Assembly (NCBI RefSeq): GCF_009914755.1 | Contig: NC_060936.1 | Length of the DNA: 64,000 nucleotides | Strand: one strand, 5' to 3' | From: the human T2T-CHM13v2.0 reference genome, Homo sapiens | Part shown: piece by piece, positions 1-16,685 of the stretch | Position numbering within the stretch: position 1 is the stretch's first letter | How the letters are laid out: each line of letters starts with the position of its first letter | Position numbers and translations under genes: made by a program | Notes under the pieces: model-generated | The model's database searches: none | The model's input: only the letters and a program-made list of their open reading frames with translations | Told to the model about the DNA's origin: nothing

Positions 1-190
1 TAAATGGCACCTCCACCCTCAGGCCAAAATCCCAGCTTTTCCTTTTCACACACTTTATATTCAACTGGTCAGCAAATCCTGTTAGCTTTACTTTCAGAAT
101 ACATCCAAAACTCAATTACTTCTCATCACTTCCATCTTGGTCCAAGGCACCGTACCTCTTATGTGGATTACTGTGATAACTTAAGAAGTT
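1..190 (+). mobile_element. L2 LINE fragment (resumes at about 835-985)
   Basis: Degenerate L2 motifs cagcaaatcctgttagctttactttcagaat...tggattactgtgataac; continuation gcctttacagtggcctacaagg. Confidence 0.7.
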
Positions 191-194
191 ATAG

Positions 195-656
195 TGTAGC
201 AGGACAAGCCACAGGCAAAACCCCTCAGACACCAAGTTAAAGAAGGAAGGGCTTTATTCAGCTGGGAGCTTTGGCAAGACTCACATCTCCAACAACTGAG
301 CTCCCCAAGGGAGCAATTCCTGTTCCTTTTAAGGGTTCACAACACTAAGGGGGTCCGCATGAGAGGGTCGTGATCATTGAGCAAGCAGGGGGTACGTGAC
401 TGGGGGCTGCATGCACTGGTAATCAGATCGGAATAGAACAGGACAGGGATTTTCACAGTGCGTTTCTATACAATGTCTGGAATCTATAGATAACATAACT
501 GATTAGGTCAGGTTTCGATCTCTAACTACCAGGCCCAGGGCGTGGCGCCGGGCTGTCTGCCTGTGGATTTCATTTCTGCCTTTTAGTTTTTATTTCTTCC
601 TTCTTTGGAGGCAGAAATTGGGCATAAGACAATATGAGGGGTGGTCTCCTCCCTTA
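195..656 (-). mobile_element. Solo LTR2 (HERV-E LTR)
   Basis: Minus strand begins TAAGGGAGGAGACCACCCCTCATATTGTCTTATGCCC and ends GTCCTGCTACA; 462 bp; imperfect 4-bp TSD atag/atat; minus-strand AATAAA at 253-258. Confidence 0.9.
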
Positions 657-660
657 ATAT

Positions 661-695
661 TAGTAGTAGTAGTAGTAGTAGTAGCAGCAGCAGTA
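661..695. repeat. (TAG)n/(CAG)n microsatellite
   Basis: tagtagtag...cagcagcagta read directly. Confidence 0.95.
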
Positions 696-763
696 CCTCA
701 GCCCTCCCAAGTAGCTGGGACTATAGGTGCATGCCACTGTGCCTGGCTAATTTTTTTTTTTTT
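696..763 (-). mobile_element. Alu internal fragment
   Basis: cctcagccctcccaagtagctgggactatagg...ctaattttt; no tail. Confidence 0.85.
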
Positions 764-1016
764 GGCAGGAAGTTATCACAGTAATCCAGATACGAGGTAT
801 GGTGATGTTCCATGATCATCAGAGGTACTGTGATGTTCTCCCTCTCTTGGCCTTAGACACCATCTATCAACATTCTGTTTTCAACACAGTAGGCATTTTC
901 ATGTCACTCCTCCCCTTGAAATCCTCCAAAGGCTTTTTGTCTCAAAGCCTTTACAGTGGCCTACAAGGGCTCACATGACTTGGCACTGCTGTATTTCCTA
1001 TTTCATTTTTTTCCCT

Positions 1017-1320
1017 TTTTTTTTTTTGTTTTGTTTAAGAGACAGGATCTTACTCTGTCACCTAGGCTGGAGTGCAGTGGCACGATCATAGCTCACTCTA
1101 GCCTTGAGCTCCTGGGCTCAAATGATCCTTCTACCTCAGCCTTCTAAGTAGCTGGGAATACAAGCGTGCACCACCATACTCAGCTAAATGTTAAATTTTT
1201 TGTAGAGTTGGGATCTCCCAAAGTTGTTCAAGCTGGTCCTAAACTCCTAGCCTCAAACGATCCTCCCACTTCAGCCTCCTGAAGTGCTGAGATCACAGGC
1301 ATGAGCCACTGTGCCCAGCC
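1017..1320 (-). mobile_element. AluJ
   Basis: Poly-T plus antisense Alu with J-type gatcatagctcact/cctgggctcaa. Confidence 0.9.
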
Positions 1321-1356
1321 ACAAGTATTGGTTGAGTACATTCTATTTGCCTCGTA

Positions 1357-1645
<289 letters not shown>

Positions 1646-1676
1646 TCCTGTAAAAAATTACTGGGCCAGCCAGTAA

Positions 1677-2000
<324 letters not shown>

Positions 2001-2425
2001 ACCTTGCCTAGTAATTTACCAGACACTGTAGAAAGAGGATTAAGGCTCTCTCTTTCGGTTGCTTACAGTCCAGCACACTCAGAATCTCTGTTTCTCAATA
2101 GATCTGCTGTAAACGTATCAGTGACTATTTATTTAGGCATGTAATTTTTTTAAAAGCCTGAATTAAATATTTTCTAAACGTTTCTACAGAGGCTCTCTTG
2201 TCTTCCCATGAACCCTGAAAGATAGGAAAAAAGTAATGTATGCATATTTGAATCTCAATTACTAATTTCTCTTACTTTTTTCTTCCAATACCAATTACTT
2301 TTCCCACATACCTGAATATATCTTGGTGAAAGATACTTGAATTCATTTATACATACAGATTTGCTTTAGGGGTATCTCCCCCAAATCCATAGTTGGCAAG
2401 CCCTATAATAGTGGTAGCATGATAG

Positions 2426-2746
<321 letters not shown>

Positions 2747-2747
2747 G

Positions 2748-2871
2748 ACCGGGTGCGGTGGCTCAGGCCTGTAATCCCAGCACTTTGGGAGGCCGAGGCA
2801 GGAGCATCACGAGGTCAGGAGATCGAGACCATCCTGGCTAACACAGTGAAACCCCGTCTCTACTAAAAATA

Positions 2872-2904
<33 letters not shown>

Positions 2905-3092
2905 AAAAAGAAAAAAAATTAGCCGGACGTGGTGGCGGGCGCCTGTAATCCAAGCTACTCAGGAAGCTGAGGCAGGAGAATGGCGTGAACCTGGGAGGCG
3001 GAGCTTGCAGTGAGCCGAGATTGCGCTACCGCACTCCAGCCTGGGTGACAGAGCGAGACTCCGTCTCAAAAAAAAAAAAAAAAAAAAAAAAG
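2748..3092 (+). mobile_element. AluY nested in AluJ, with expanded central A-linker
   Basis: gagatcgagaccatcctggctaaca and ggagaatggcgtgaac diagnostics; TSD aaaggtataagc/aaaggcataagc. Confidence 0.93.
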
Positions 3093-3844
3093 GCATAAGC
3101 CATTGCACCCAGTCCTATTTTCTTTTTTCAAGCTCAAATTTACTCCAAAAATGTACTAAAATAATAGAATCCCAAAAACAAACTGTATTTTCTTACAACA
3201 GGGTCATTCTTGGCTCTGAAGCAAACAGTCATCCTTGTAAGTTTCGTTGGGTGGGGGCAGAATGGTTCAGTGGAAAGTTTTGAGGTAATCTCAAATTCTG
3301 TTATTGGGTAAAGCAAGTTTTAATAGACCAAGTTATTTAACTTCTCTGAGGCTCAGTTTTCTCAAATATGGCTTTGGTTCTACATCTGTTTAGCCAGGAG
3401 TATGGTGAAAAATTTAATGAGACAGTATGTATAAGGTACCTAGCAAATAGTGATATAAGTGTTAATAAAGGGGAAGGAATTTGTTCACCAACCTGTCTTT
3501 TGGGAGAACTTTGGTGCTCAAGTTGTAACTCTGATTTGTGCATCCTTGAATACATTTACGCTTCTCCATAGCTTGCTATCAATAAATAAGCAACTGATAA
3601 GTCAGAGTAAGATTGCCTACTTACTCCTCAAAGCCATATTCATGATTTAATTTATAGACAAGCATTTTATGGGTAAAACTACCCCCCTACTTAATTATGT
3701 AATCTAACTGCTTTTTAAGGTTCAACAGATGCATTTAGGATTACAATCCTCTACAAATTATCACTTATTTGAAAATTTGCTTATTAAAAATGTTACAGAG
3801 CCATGGTTAAATTTGAATGTGCATATTTTTCTTCAAATTATTTT

Positions 3845-4450
<606 letters not shown>

Positions 4451-4709
4451 AAAGGAAAGAAAAAAAAAAGAATAGCAAAGACAAAGAAAACCTATTAATG
4501 GAAATCGTAAGTGAAAAGCTCAGAGCCATGAATGTAGGACACCAATATACAAATCATCAACAGAAGAAGAATCGAAGAATGCCAAAAAAGATCTTCTGCA
4601 GGCCAAAGCATGGACATTTCTAAGCTACACAAATAAATACAAATAATAGAGTGAGGTAAAAGAGCTTCCTAATTCACATGAAGAAACTCGTGTGCATTTA
4701 ATTAATTAA

Positions 4710-4802
4710 CAACCTCCATCTCCTGCGTTCAAGCAATTCTCCCTGCCTCAGCCTCCCGAGTAGCTGGGATTACAGGCATGAACCACCACGCCTGGCTAAT
4801 TT
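4710..4802 (-). mobile_element. Alu internal fragment
   Basis: aacctccatctcctgcgttcaagc...cctggctaattt; no tail or TSD. Confidence 0.85.
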
Positions 4803-5388
4803 AAAAGGCCAAATACAGCTACCAGAAAAGTAAATTATTTACCAATTTACTCGACAATAATGATACAAAAATTCAAAAATAAAGTATTGGCAAATTAAAA
4901 AAATATAATTTAATATATGTGTTAAAAATATAACAATATATATTTAAAAATTTCAAAGATAACTTGACATGTTGATAGATATATTACACAGGGTAGAGAC
5001 TTAATACATGAATGCAGATTCACTCTATTTGATTCTGGTTGATCCCTTTGCTAAGCCTGTGGATATAGTGCAATCGGAGATGATTTACATTTTAGTCTTG
5101 AATCAATGAAGTTTTTTTACAGGCTAAAATCTATTTTCTGACGAGTGGGAATAACCTGATTTTTATGTCTTGCTGATATCTTACTGTTTTCGTCTTTTCT
5201 ATCGGGGTGCTAGCTGAAGTGGGGAAAATCAGAGTTTATTGCTGGAGGAATGGAGAGAGGAAGAATGAGGGGATATTTCAAAGCAGTGGATTTGCATATT
5301 GGCTCTCCTATTTACTAGCTGTGTAACCTCACGCATGTCATTTAACCTTCATGACTCTCAATTTCTTTATCTTAATATGAAAATTACA

Positions 5389-5647
5389 GGCCGGTCACGG
5401 TGGCTCACGCCTGTAATCCCAGCACTTTGGGAGGCTGAGGCAGGCGGATTATTTGAGATCAGGATTTTGAGACCAGCCTGACCAATATAGCGAAACCTGG
5501 TCTCTACTAAAAATACAAAAATTAGCTGGGCTTGGTGGCACATGCTTATAATCCCAGTTACTTGGGAGGCTGGTGTGGGAGAATTGCTTGAACCCGGAGG
5601 TGGAGGTTGCAGTGAGCTGAGATGTGCCACTGCACTCCAGCCTGGGA
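5389..5647 (+). mobile_element. AluS, 3'-truncated, inside a MIR (about 5290-5720)
   Basis: Sense Alu ending at cctggg without a tail; MIR motif tttactagctgtgtaacct upstream. Confidence 0.85.
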
Positions 5648-6019
5648 GACTCAACTGACTCTGCAGATTCACAAAGTTGTGAGGATTCTGTGAAAGCTTT
5701 TGTAAACTATGAATGTCCCATGAATTTGAGGTATATTTTGAGGTCCAAAAGGTGAATAAATGATGTTACTACTTAATTTGCGATTTATACTTACACCAGT
5801 AAAAATCAAATGTGAATTACATATGTTGTGACGATAAAACAGACTTTTAAAAAATGTGAATTACCTTTTAAGCACTACCTGTTACTATGCATAAGACAGA
5901 TATTTGACACTGTTTTAATATGGTAATGGTACTCAATATATGGAGTTGCTACTGTTACTGAATTAAGACTTATGCTGTCTTAATACATGAGATATTTTGT
6001 TGCTAAGCTTTCCCCCTTC

Positions 6020-6215
6020 CTCCTCTCCCCCGCCCCACACACAGACATCACCTTCAAGCAGATACCCTTCCTCTTCTCTGCGTTCTCTTCCTGTTCGCTG
6101 GCCCCTTACCTTCGGCTTTCAAGCATGCATATTTATCCATATCTTGAAAGAAATTGCTTGGCCGATTGCTTCCTGTCTCAACCACATTATTCCTCTTCTT
6201 CCTTACGTCATCAGT
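6020..6215 (-). promoter_or_regulatory. Candidate enhancer/promoter with minus-strand splice donor
   Basis: GC box ccccgcccc, two ETS cores cttcctgt, RUNX aaccaca, CRE-like ttacgtca; minus-strand AAG|GTAAGG donor after 6110. Confidence 0.4.
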
Positions 6216-6255
6216 GAGAAAACTGTATTAGCAGATTTCAGTGGTATAGCAGTAA

Positions 6256-6613
<358 letters not shown>

Positions 6614-6880
6614 TAAATGCATTCTCTTTCAATCTCCAATCTACTTAGAGATATGGCTTGCCTCCCCCTGCCGACTTCACTTACCAGTTTGTATTAATTA
6701 TCAATGGGCTCTGAAGTAATAATGACAGCAAAATATATCCTCAATAGTTTTATATATTGTCAACCACTAATGGAACATTTTTCTTGTTTATGACTTACAG
6801 CCATGGCAATAAGACGGTCTCAGTCGTATTTTTCTCAATCCTGTAACTTTCTGTAAACGAGAGCTTTAACAAAAAGTTCA

Positions 6881-7566
<686 letters not shown>

Positions 7567-7639
7567 TGACTCTATAATAGTTATTGGTGAATACAAAATG
7601 TTGAAAACCTCCGGTTTATACCTGCTGCCTCCATTTTGT

Positions 7640-7975
7640 TTTCTTTTTCTTTTCTTTCTTTTCTGTCTTTTTTTTTTTTTTTTTTTTGAGACGTAGTCTC
7701 GCTCGGTCACCCAGGCTGGAGTGCAGTGGCGCAATCTCGGCTCTCGGCTCACTGCAAGCTCCGCCTCCCGGGTTCACGCCATTCTCCTGCCTCAGCCTCC
7801 TGAGTAGCTGGGACTACAGGCGCCCGCCACCTTGCCTGGCTAATTTTTTGTATTTTTAGTAGAGACCAGGTTTCACCATGTTAGCCAGGATGGTCTCGAT
7901 CTCCTGACCTCGTGATGCGCCGGCCTCGGCCTCCCAAAGTGCTGGGATTACAGGCGTGAGCCACCGCGCCCGGCC
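7640..7975 (-). mobile_element. AluY
   Basis: AluY diagnostics; TSD ctgcctccattt. Confidence 0.93.
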
Positions 7976-8279
7976 ACTGCCTCCATTTTCTTTATGTTTG
8001 CTTCTTCCTTAGCTGCCTACACTGAGGCTTCCCCTCTTACTGCTTTGGAAATGTTCTCTTGAAACAAAGCTACCAACAATTCCTTTCTTGTCAAATTCAA
8101 AAGCCACTGATTTTACTTCACTATTTGCCAACGCTGATCGTGCTTCTTTTCTTGAAACATTCTCTTCATTTTCACTGTCAGACCATACATCATCCTGGAT
8201 GCATCCGGACAGAATGAGAACTGTGGCTGCTGCTGCTCCTACTGTAATTGTTACTCCTTTTACTTAGTAGTCATCTTTC

Positions 8280-8420
8280 CTTCACTGCTTACTGTAATTT
8301 CCACAGCAACCCTGAGGAGATCGGTATTATTATCCCCATTTTACAGTTGAGGAAACATGCTCAAAATTTAATCAACGGGTTCAAATTCACACACCAGAAC
8401 AGGATCTGCTCTGGGAAATG
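8280..8420 (-). mobile_element. MIR
   Basis: MIR core ttattatccccattttacagttgaggaaac. Confidence 0.75.
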
Positions 8421-9716
8421 TTAGATTTTGCAACGGAAAAGAAGAAAAAGTTTTTTCTAACTGGATCACAGCATACTATGTTGTTTATATTTAGATTAAC
8501 TAGACTTTGTTTTATTCCATTTATCTGTAGTTTTGGGAAGTACTGTACATTTGGAAAGATGTCATTTCAAGTAATTTTTCTACCCAGGCTGTCCATTTAC
8601 AATTACCTGGTCACCTTTGAATCACTTTCACCAAAATCAGAGAAGGTGGCTAGATAGCAAGTTGTGATATGCCACTGATTTTTTTTTCTCCCTTTTCAAG
8701 TTAAGTGGCTCCTGTAAGAATGGCCATGCAACCTTGGATTTATTCAGAGAATGCTCTAACCACATACACTACATCAAAAAGTATAGTCTCAGAATTTGAC
8801 AGATGACAATAAAAATTTCCAATTAAACTATGTATTATAAATTGTTCAATTTTTGGCAGAGTGGATCTTATTGAAGGCACCATGATGATAAGGTAGGATT
8901 TAGTTACATACTTTAATTACATACATACTTTGTTTTCTCAAGCAAATGTGTAACAATGGTGTGATCTAGCTACAGAATATTTCCTTAAGATTTTTGTTGG
9001 CATGTCAGTGCTAACAATTAGGAATTAAGTGTTTTAAATTTAATCTGAAATTAGTGGTTTAAATACAATGATAAATGGTTTTCATGGTTGTCAGCCTTCA
9101 TTTAATGTTATATTAAACCTCTTGAGTATGTTATACCACTACTTTGTTATTTAACTGATGGATCTGAAAACCCATAAAGATGCAGTATTTGTCTTACAAA
9201 TAGCAAATGTATAGTCTTTGATTTGATCATTTAATGTACCCTTTTTTACACAGCCATTTGGCTTTAATCCTGTAACAGGTTATTGTCACTTGTCTTTTAT
9301 TTATCTACCAAAATGCCTTCAGTCATTTCATGAATAAATCAATGGAGGGAAGAGAGAAATATGAGTTATCCCAAAGATATATTAATGGCATTATTCCAAT
9401 ATAAATGGAATGAGGAAAAGAAGAATTATGCATTAGTAATGATGTTTTTCATTGCAGAGCAATTTCTACCTCGCAAAGGATTTTCATACAGATCCTCTTT
9501 CTTCATACTTAGCATTATATAGCTGAGGAAATTATAGTATTAAGTGACTTGTCTGAAGCCACACAGCAAGCATCAGATCTGGAATTAGAAAGCAAGTCTT
9601 CTCATGACCAGCCATTGTTCTTTTATAGTTTACCTTATAGATGGCATGAAAGTGACTTTTTTGTGGAATAGTTATTACAACTTCTCACCCCCCAATGTAT
9701 CTACTTGTGAAAATAA

Positions 9717-10037
<321 letters not shown>

Positions 10038-10199
10038 TGACTTACATGTTAAGGTGTCCAAATTGATTGAGATGTTCTTCTATCATAATTTATAGAATCT
10101 CTTCTACCATAATTTACTTCTTAACTGATGACCTTGGAGAATGAGCAGAATAACAGATGAGAAAGGGCTCAGGGAGAAAGAGAAATGTATATGCTCTCA

Positions 10200-10542
<343 letters not shown>

Positions 10543-11077
10543 CTACACTACTCATTATAAGGATGCAGGTGGGGATCAACTGGTTTATAAACAAGGTTTT
10601 ACTTCCTCTTCCTGATCTGAACTGTATCATCATTTCCTCTATCTTTATTTGATGTGAAATGTATTGATGGTCATATATCAATTTCTTCTGTAGACTCAGT
10701 GATACAGGAAGTGTCCTGGTAAGCACTGGCACCCAAAACAGTAAAGATAAAAGCTTTAGTCTGAATTTTGCAGTTGGGAAAGTTGAAGTTGAGGGTGAAA
10801 TGACTGAGCCACAGTGGGTTACTTAGCTTCCTGATACCAAGGCAGAGCTGTTTCCTCCAGGATTTGGTGACTTAGTAACCTCCTCCTGTTACTAGAAATT
10901 TCTCCTTTAGAGAAAACCAAAATTTGCTTCATTGTGATATTTACCCTCTGGGCCTATGTTTGCCCTCCAAGTCTGCATTGAACAAACGACTTTCTCCTTG
11001 TCTCCCCTGCATATGTCTTATGCAGCTTAGGGTCAGAAGTGGATTTGATTTCTGAGGAAACATCACCAACCAAGAAT

Positions 11078-11633
11078 CTTTTTGTTTTTCCAGATAGAGG
11101 GTTTTGCTCTGTCACCCAGGCTGCAGTGCAGTGGTACCATCACAGCTCACTGTAGCCTCACACTCCTGGGCTCAAGTGATCTTCCCACCCCAGCCTCCTG
11201 AGTGTCTGGGATTACACGGGAGCCCCACCATGCCCTGCTATTTTGTTTTTAAATTTTTGTAGAGATGGGGTCTTGTTAGGTTGCCCTGGCTAATCTTGAA
11301 CTCCTGCCTCAAGCGATCCTCCCTCCCCAGCCTCCCAAAGTGCTGGGATTACAGGTGTGAGCCACTGCACCTGGCTGTCCAAGGGACTTCTAAACAAAGC
11401 TTATTTTTGTTATAATAAAAACAAATGAAGATTAAGCAATCTAAAGACAAAGCCTCCTGAGTAGCTAGGACCACAGTGGCCCATCACCATGCCCAGCTAA
11501 TTTTTGAATTTTTTGTAGGAACAGAGTTTCTCCATGTTGCTCAGGCTGGTCTGCAGCTCCTGGGCTCAAGCGATCCTCCTGCCTCAACCTCCCAAAGTGC
11601 TGTGATTACATATATGAGCCACTGTGCCTGGGC
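11078..11633 (-). mobile_element. AluJ (11078-11376) and partial Alu (11450-11633)
   Basis: Antisense Alu sequences. Confidence 0.88.
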
Positions 11634-11729
11634 TAGTACATTGTGTTTTATCTCACTCTCTCATCTCAGAGGGAGGCTGAGGTAATTTATGCATATACAC
11701 ATGCACACACCCCATTTGTTGGACATCTA

Positions 11730-11910
11730 CAATGTTCCTAATCCTTACAAGTTAGATTTTATTATCCCCATTTTACAGATGAGGAATCTGTGGTTAGATA
11801 ACTCTTTAAAATCACTCAGCTAGAAAGTGGCTACAGTGGCATTAGAACTAAAAATTCCCATGGGATGAATGCCTTGGCTTTAAGTCCTTGCTCTTTTCAC
11901 TGTAATATGC
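11730..11910 (-). mobile_element. MIR
   Basis: attatccccattttacagatgaggaa core. Confidence 0.75.
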
Positions 11911-12294
11911 TGCGTGTCTGATCACATGGAATATTTGTGGTAAAGGTAAGAAACTTCAGAAGGCCACAGAACTAGTTTTGGAGCTGGAATCAGTTTTATG
12001 TTGTCTTGATTTTGTTCCTATTTGCTTGTGTAGTTTGCTAGATGTTACTTGCTTGAAAAGAAGTATCAATTGGGCTCATTTTTCCCCAAGTCCTTACAAA
12101 CAGTGGTGCCTGTTTGATGCTTTGATTTAAAAAGAAATTGATAGTACCTTTAAGACTGTATGGATGGCAAGCTACTCCAAGGCTGGACTACATCTCTAGT
12201 TTCCTGAAAATGATTCCTCTCTAGGATTTACAGTTTGCTGGCTTTTAAGACATAATAGAAAACACAATTCTCTCCTTAAGCCCTGCAAGTCCTT

Positions 12295-12595
12295 GGCCGG
12301 GCGCAGAAGCTCACACCTGTAATCCCAGCACTTTGGGAGGCCAGGGCGGGGGGATCATGAGGTCAGGAGTTCAAGACCAGCCTGGCCAACATGGTGAAAC
12401 CTCGTCTCTACTAAAAATACAAAAATTAGCCTGGCATGGTGGTGTGCGCCTGTAATCCCAGCTACTCAGGAGGCTGAAGCAGGACAATCGCTTGAACCCG
12501 GAAGTTGCAGTGAGCCAAGATTGCTTCATTGCACTCAAGCCTGGGTGACAGAGTGAGACGAGACTCTGGCTCAAAAAAAAAAAAAAAAAAAAAAA
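12295..12595 (+). mobile_element. AluS
   Basis: TSD aagccctgcaagtcct/aagccttgcaagtcct. Confidence 0.93.
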
Positions 12596-12889
12596 GCCTT
12601 GCAAGTCCTGAGGGGGCCCAGTGCTAAGACAAACGGATATGGTCATTTTCCCAAAAGGTTAAGGAGAATAGTTAGGTACAAGGATACCACACACCATCCT
12701 CAAACGGACAGAATTTTTGCCAGATACTGTTAATAAGTCAGATTTAATTGATAGATGGGTAAGATCTGAAATAACAGTCAGTCAAAAACAAGGCCTTTAT
12801 TCTTCAAATCATTCTAAACTCCAAACTTCCCCCAAATGGCTTGAGTTCACATTAAAGCCCAAACCTTCCATTTCTAAAGGAACAGAAAT

Positions 12890-13110
12890 ACATCGCAGTT
12901 CCCCGAATTCTCTTTCCCTTCAGCGTTGCCTGTCTACTCAGTTTAGACTGTTCTGAACTATCAGGCTCCGGGGTGGTGGCAGGCTCTGCTCACCCCAAGC
13001 TTTCCATTTTGATCAGTTTAATTCCCTAGGAGCCGACGACTGCCATCGGAAGGAAGAGAAATTGTGAGCTCGCGCTGGGCTGCCGGGGAGGGGAGGGCTG
13101 GCCAGTGAGG
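12890..13110 (-). promoter_or_regulatory. CpG-retaining promoter-like island / candidate first exon
   Basis: About 10 CpGs in 200 bp of non-repeat DNA; G4 motif at 13077-13097; minus-strand aaaATGG and GG|GTGAGC donor after 12994. Confidence 0.45.
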
Positions 13111-13571
13111 ACTCCTATCTCTGGGGCTGGTCACCCAGCCTCAAACAAATCTGCATCACCCTGGGGGGTCTCACCCCTTTTTCTATGTCAATGATCCCCA
13201 TTTGTCCCAAGTGCTTGGGGTTTCAGGTCCTGGTGAGCCATTCTCATTTATCTTCCTTTTGTTTTCTGCCTTAACTACTGACAATTATCATTTATTCTGT
13301 TCCTTTTAGCTTGGTGGTGAGTGCTGAGGCTTTGCTAGCCTTTCAGTTCCGCCATTCAGCCTCTTTCTAAAAAAAAAAAAAAAAAAAAAAAAACTGGGGC
13401 TTACCCAGTCTCTGACTAACAAGATGTCTTAGAGTTGGAGGGGATTTCTCAGTCCAGATTTTTCCTTGAATTTTCTTCCGTGTCAGAAAAGATTTAAAGA
13501 CAAAAAAGTGCTCTTCCAATGGTGGCCGTGAGTCAGATGGCCCTGAATCAGATTTCTCCCTCTTCTTTAAA

Positions 13572-13714
13572 ACCTTATTGAGGATCTTTCTGTCCTCAGC
13601 AAAATGCACACAATTTTAGAGGTTCACAGACCTTCTCATCTTTTAGACCTTTTTGAGGTTCTTTCTGTCCTCAGAAAAATGCACACAATTTTAGAGACTC
13701 ACAGACCTTCTGAT
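13572..13714. repeat. Imperfect tandem duplication, 75-bp period
   Basis: gaggatctttctgtcctcagcaaaatgcacacaattttagag... present twice. Confidence 0.92.
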
Positions 13715-14040
13715 ATCCATGAATGTACTGTCTCCAAATTAGGATTCCTGCCTGCGCTAGCGTACTTCTGGAGTTCTGAGATCTGATCTAGTATGAAGAC
13801 CTCAGTAGTGAATGTGGCTTTTGAGATGGAATAATCTGATTTCCTCTCAGTTTTCCATAATTTTCAGCCTCACATATCAGAAAATCTGGGAGCACTGTGT
13901 GCCATGGCATGGGAATATGTAATTACTCTCCAACTGGCTCTCATATTTTCCTAGAACATCAACACCAACACTCTGTTAATTCATAGCCTTTTTAGAGGAA
14001 GTGGAGCTCCAACATTCCCATTCATTGCATGTGGCAGTAA

Positions 14041-14059
14041 AGTGACCTCTAGTGGACTT
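14041..14059 (-). promoter_or_regulatory. Putative CTCF motif
   Basis: Minus strand gtCCACTAGAGGTCAct versus CCASYAGRKGGCR. Confidence 0.4.
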
Positions 14060-14725
14060 TCCTGGTAGTTTATAGAAAATTCTGGAATAAGGAGCTGTCA
14101 ATTGTGGGTAGAGGGACAGATTATTGAAATCAGATCTGCTGGGCACTGAAGTTTATTTGGCTGCAAAAGGTCAGCTTCAATGCCAAGTCTGGGGCAGATG
14201 AAGGGGCTACATTTGAATGAAGCAAGATTCATCATTGTTTCAAAGTGGCTTCAAGAGACTTTGAGTACCCTGGAACTAACATTTCTCTAAAGAAAGATCA
14301 AGGATTAGGTCATGAATAGACCAACCCACTGGATTGATTTTGGGGGACAAAAAACCATCTCTTTGAAATAGTAAGCAGTAAGAATAATTTGAAGTCATGA
14401 TGTACATTTTAGGTAAAAGCAATGGAGTGAATATTCCACATTTTATGTTCTGAGTGGTGGGACTTTAGGTGGGAGGAAGAGAAGGAAACTAATATTATTA
14501 AAGTTCCAGCTGAGGGCTAAACATTTATTTTAATCTTCATAAAATGTCTGAGAGGTAGTTTTATTTTTAGTATCATCTCCAGCAAATAAATTATTGCATA
14601 CGATTTGATGAATTCTGACAGGCTCTTCAATCAAGTGCTATAGGGACCCAGGAATGCTGTGATTACCTGGGGAGAGAGAAGGGGGAGGAGCAGCATCAGA
14701 AAGGAATGAACATTTGTGCAGGCTA

Positions 14726-14881
14726 TTGTGTTGTCCAGTAGAGTAACCACTAGCCATATGTGGGTATTTAAATTTCAATTCATTCAAATAAATTAAAAAT
14801 TCAGTTCCTCAGTTGTACTAGCCACATTTAAAGTACGCAGTAGCCACATGCAGCTAGTGGCTACTTTAATGGACAACACAG
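14726..14881. mobile_element. MER3-like hAT-Charlie MITE
   Basis: TIR tgtgttgtcca/tggacaacaca; internal tagccacatg...ctagtggctac. Confidence 0.8.
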
Positions 14882-14919
14882 GTCATTGCAGAAATGTCTT
14901 TAAAAAGGTACTGGAGGGA

Positions 14920-15249
<330 letters not shown>

Positions 15250-15429
15250 CTAGGTGTTTGAATTTATTAGATTGAGGGACTACCCTGTCAAAAGCATAGT
15301 GGAGGAATGAAACAGACAAGGAACCAAAAGCAGCTCTGTATGGCTGGAATCAGTACAATGTAGAAATGTTCAGAGATAAAGTTCTCTTTGTTTCTTTCTA
15401 TATTTCCATTTACTTCTCAGTCTCTCTCT

Positions 15430-16056
<627 letters not shown>

Positions 16057-16341
16057 TGCTTCAGTTTCTTTTGAGGGCTTCTCTTCTACCTACTTCTGAG
16101 TTCTTCCTGTAGCTTAGGGCTGTGTGCTAGCTCCCCTCTCTGCTTTCTATGCACTCTTCCTGAGAGCTCTCACTCATATGCTTACCTGACTGCTTCCATT
16201 ACCATCTCTATGCTGATTGATTTCCAAACCCCTATCTCCAGTCTAAAACAATTTTTATTTCTCTTTTCTCTGCCCAGCTTTAACCTTGTATTGATCTTTG
16301 TCTTTATTTCATTCTTGTACTTTTTTTGGCATTCTTATTCA

Positions 16342-16685
<344 letters not shown>

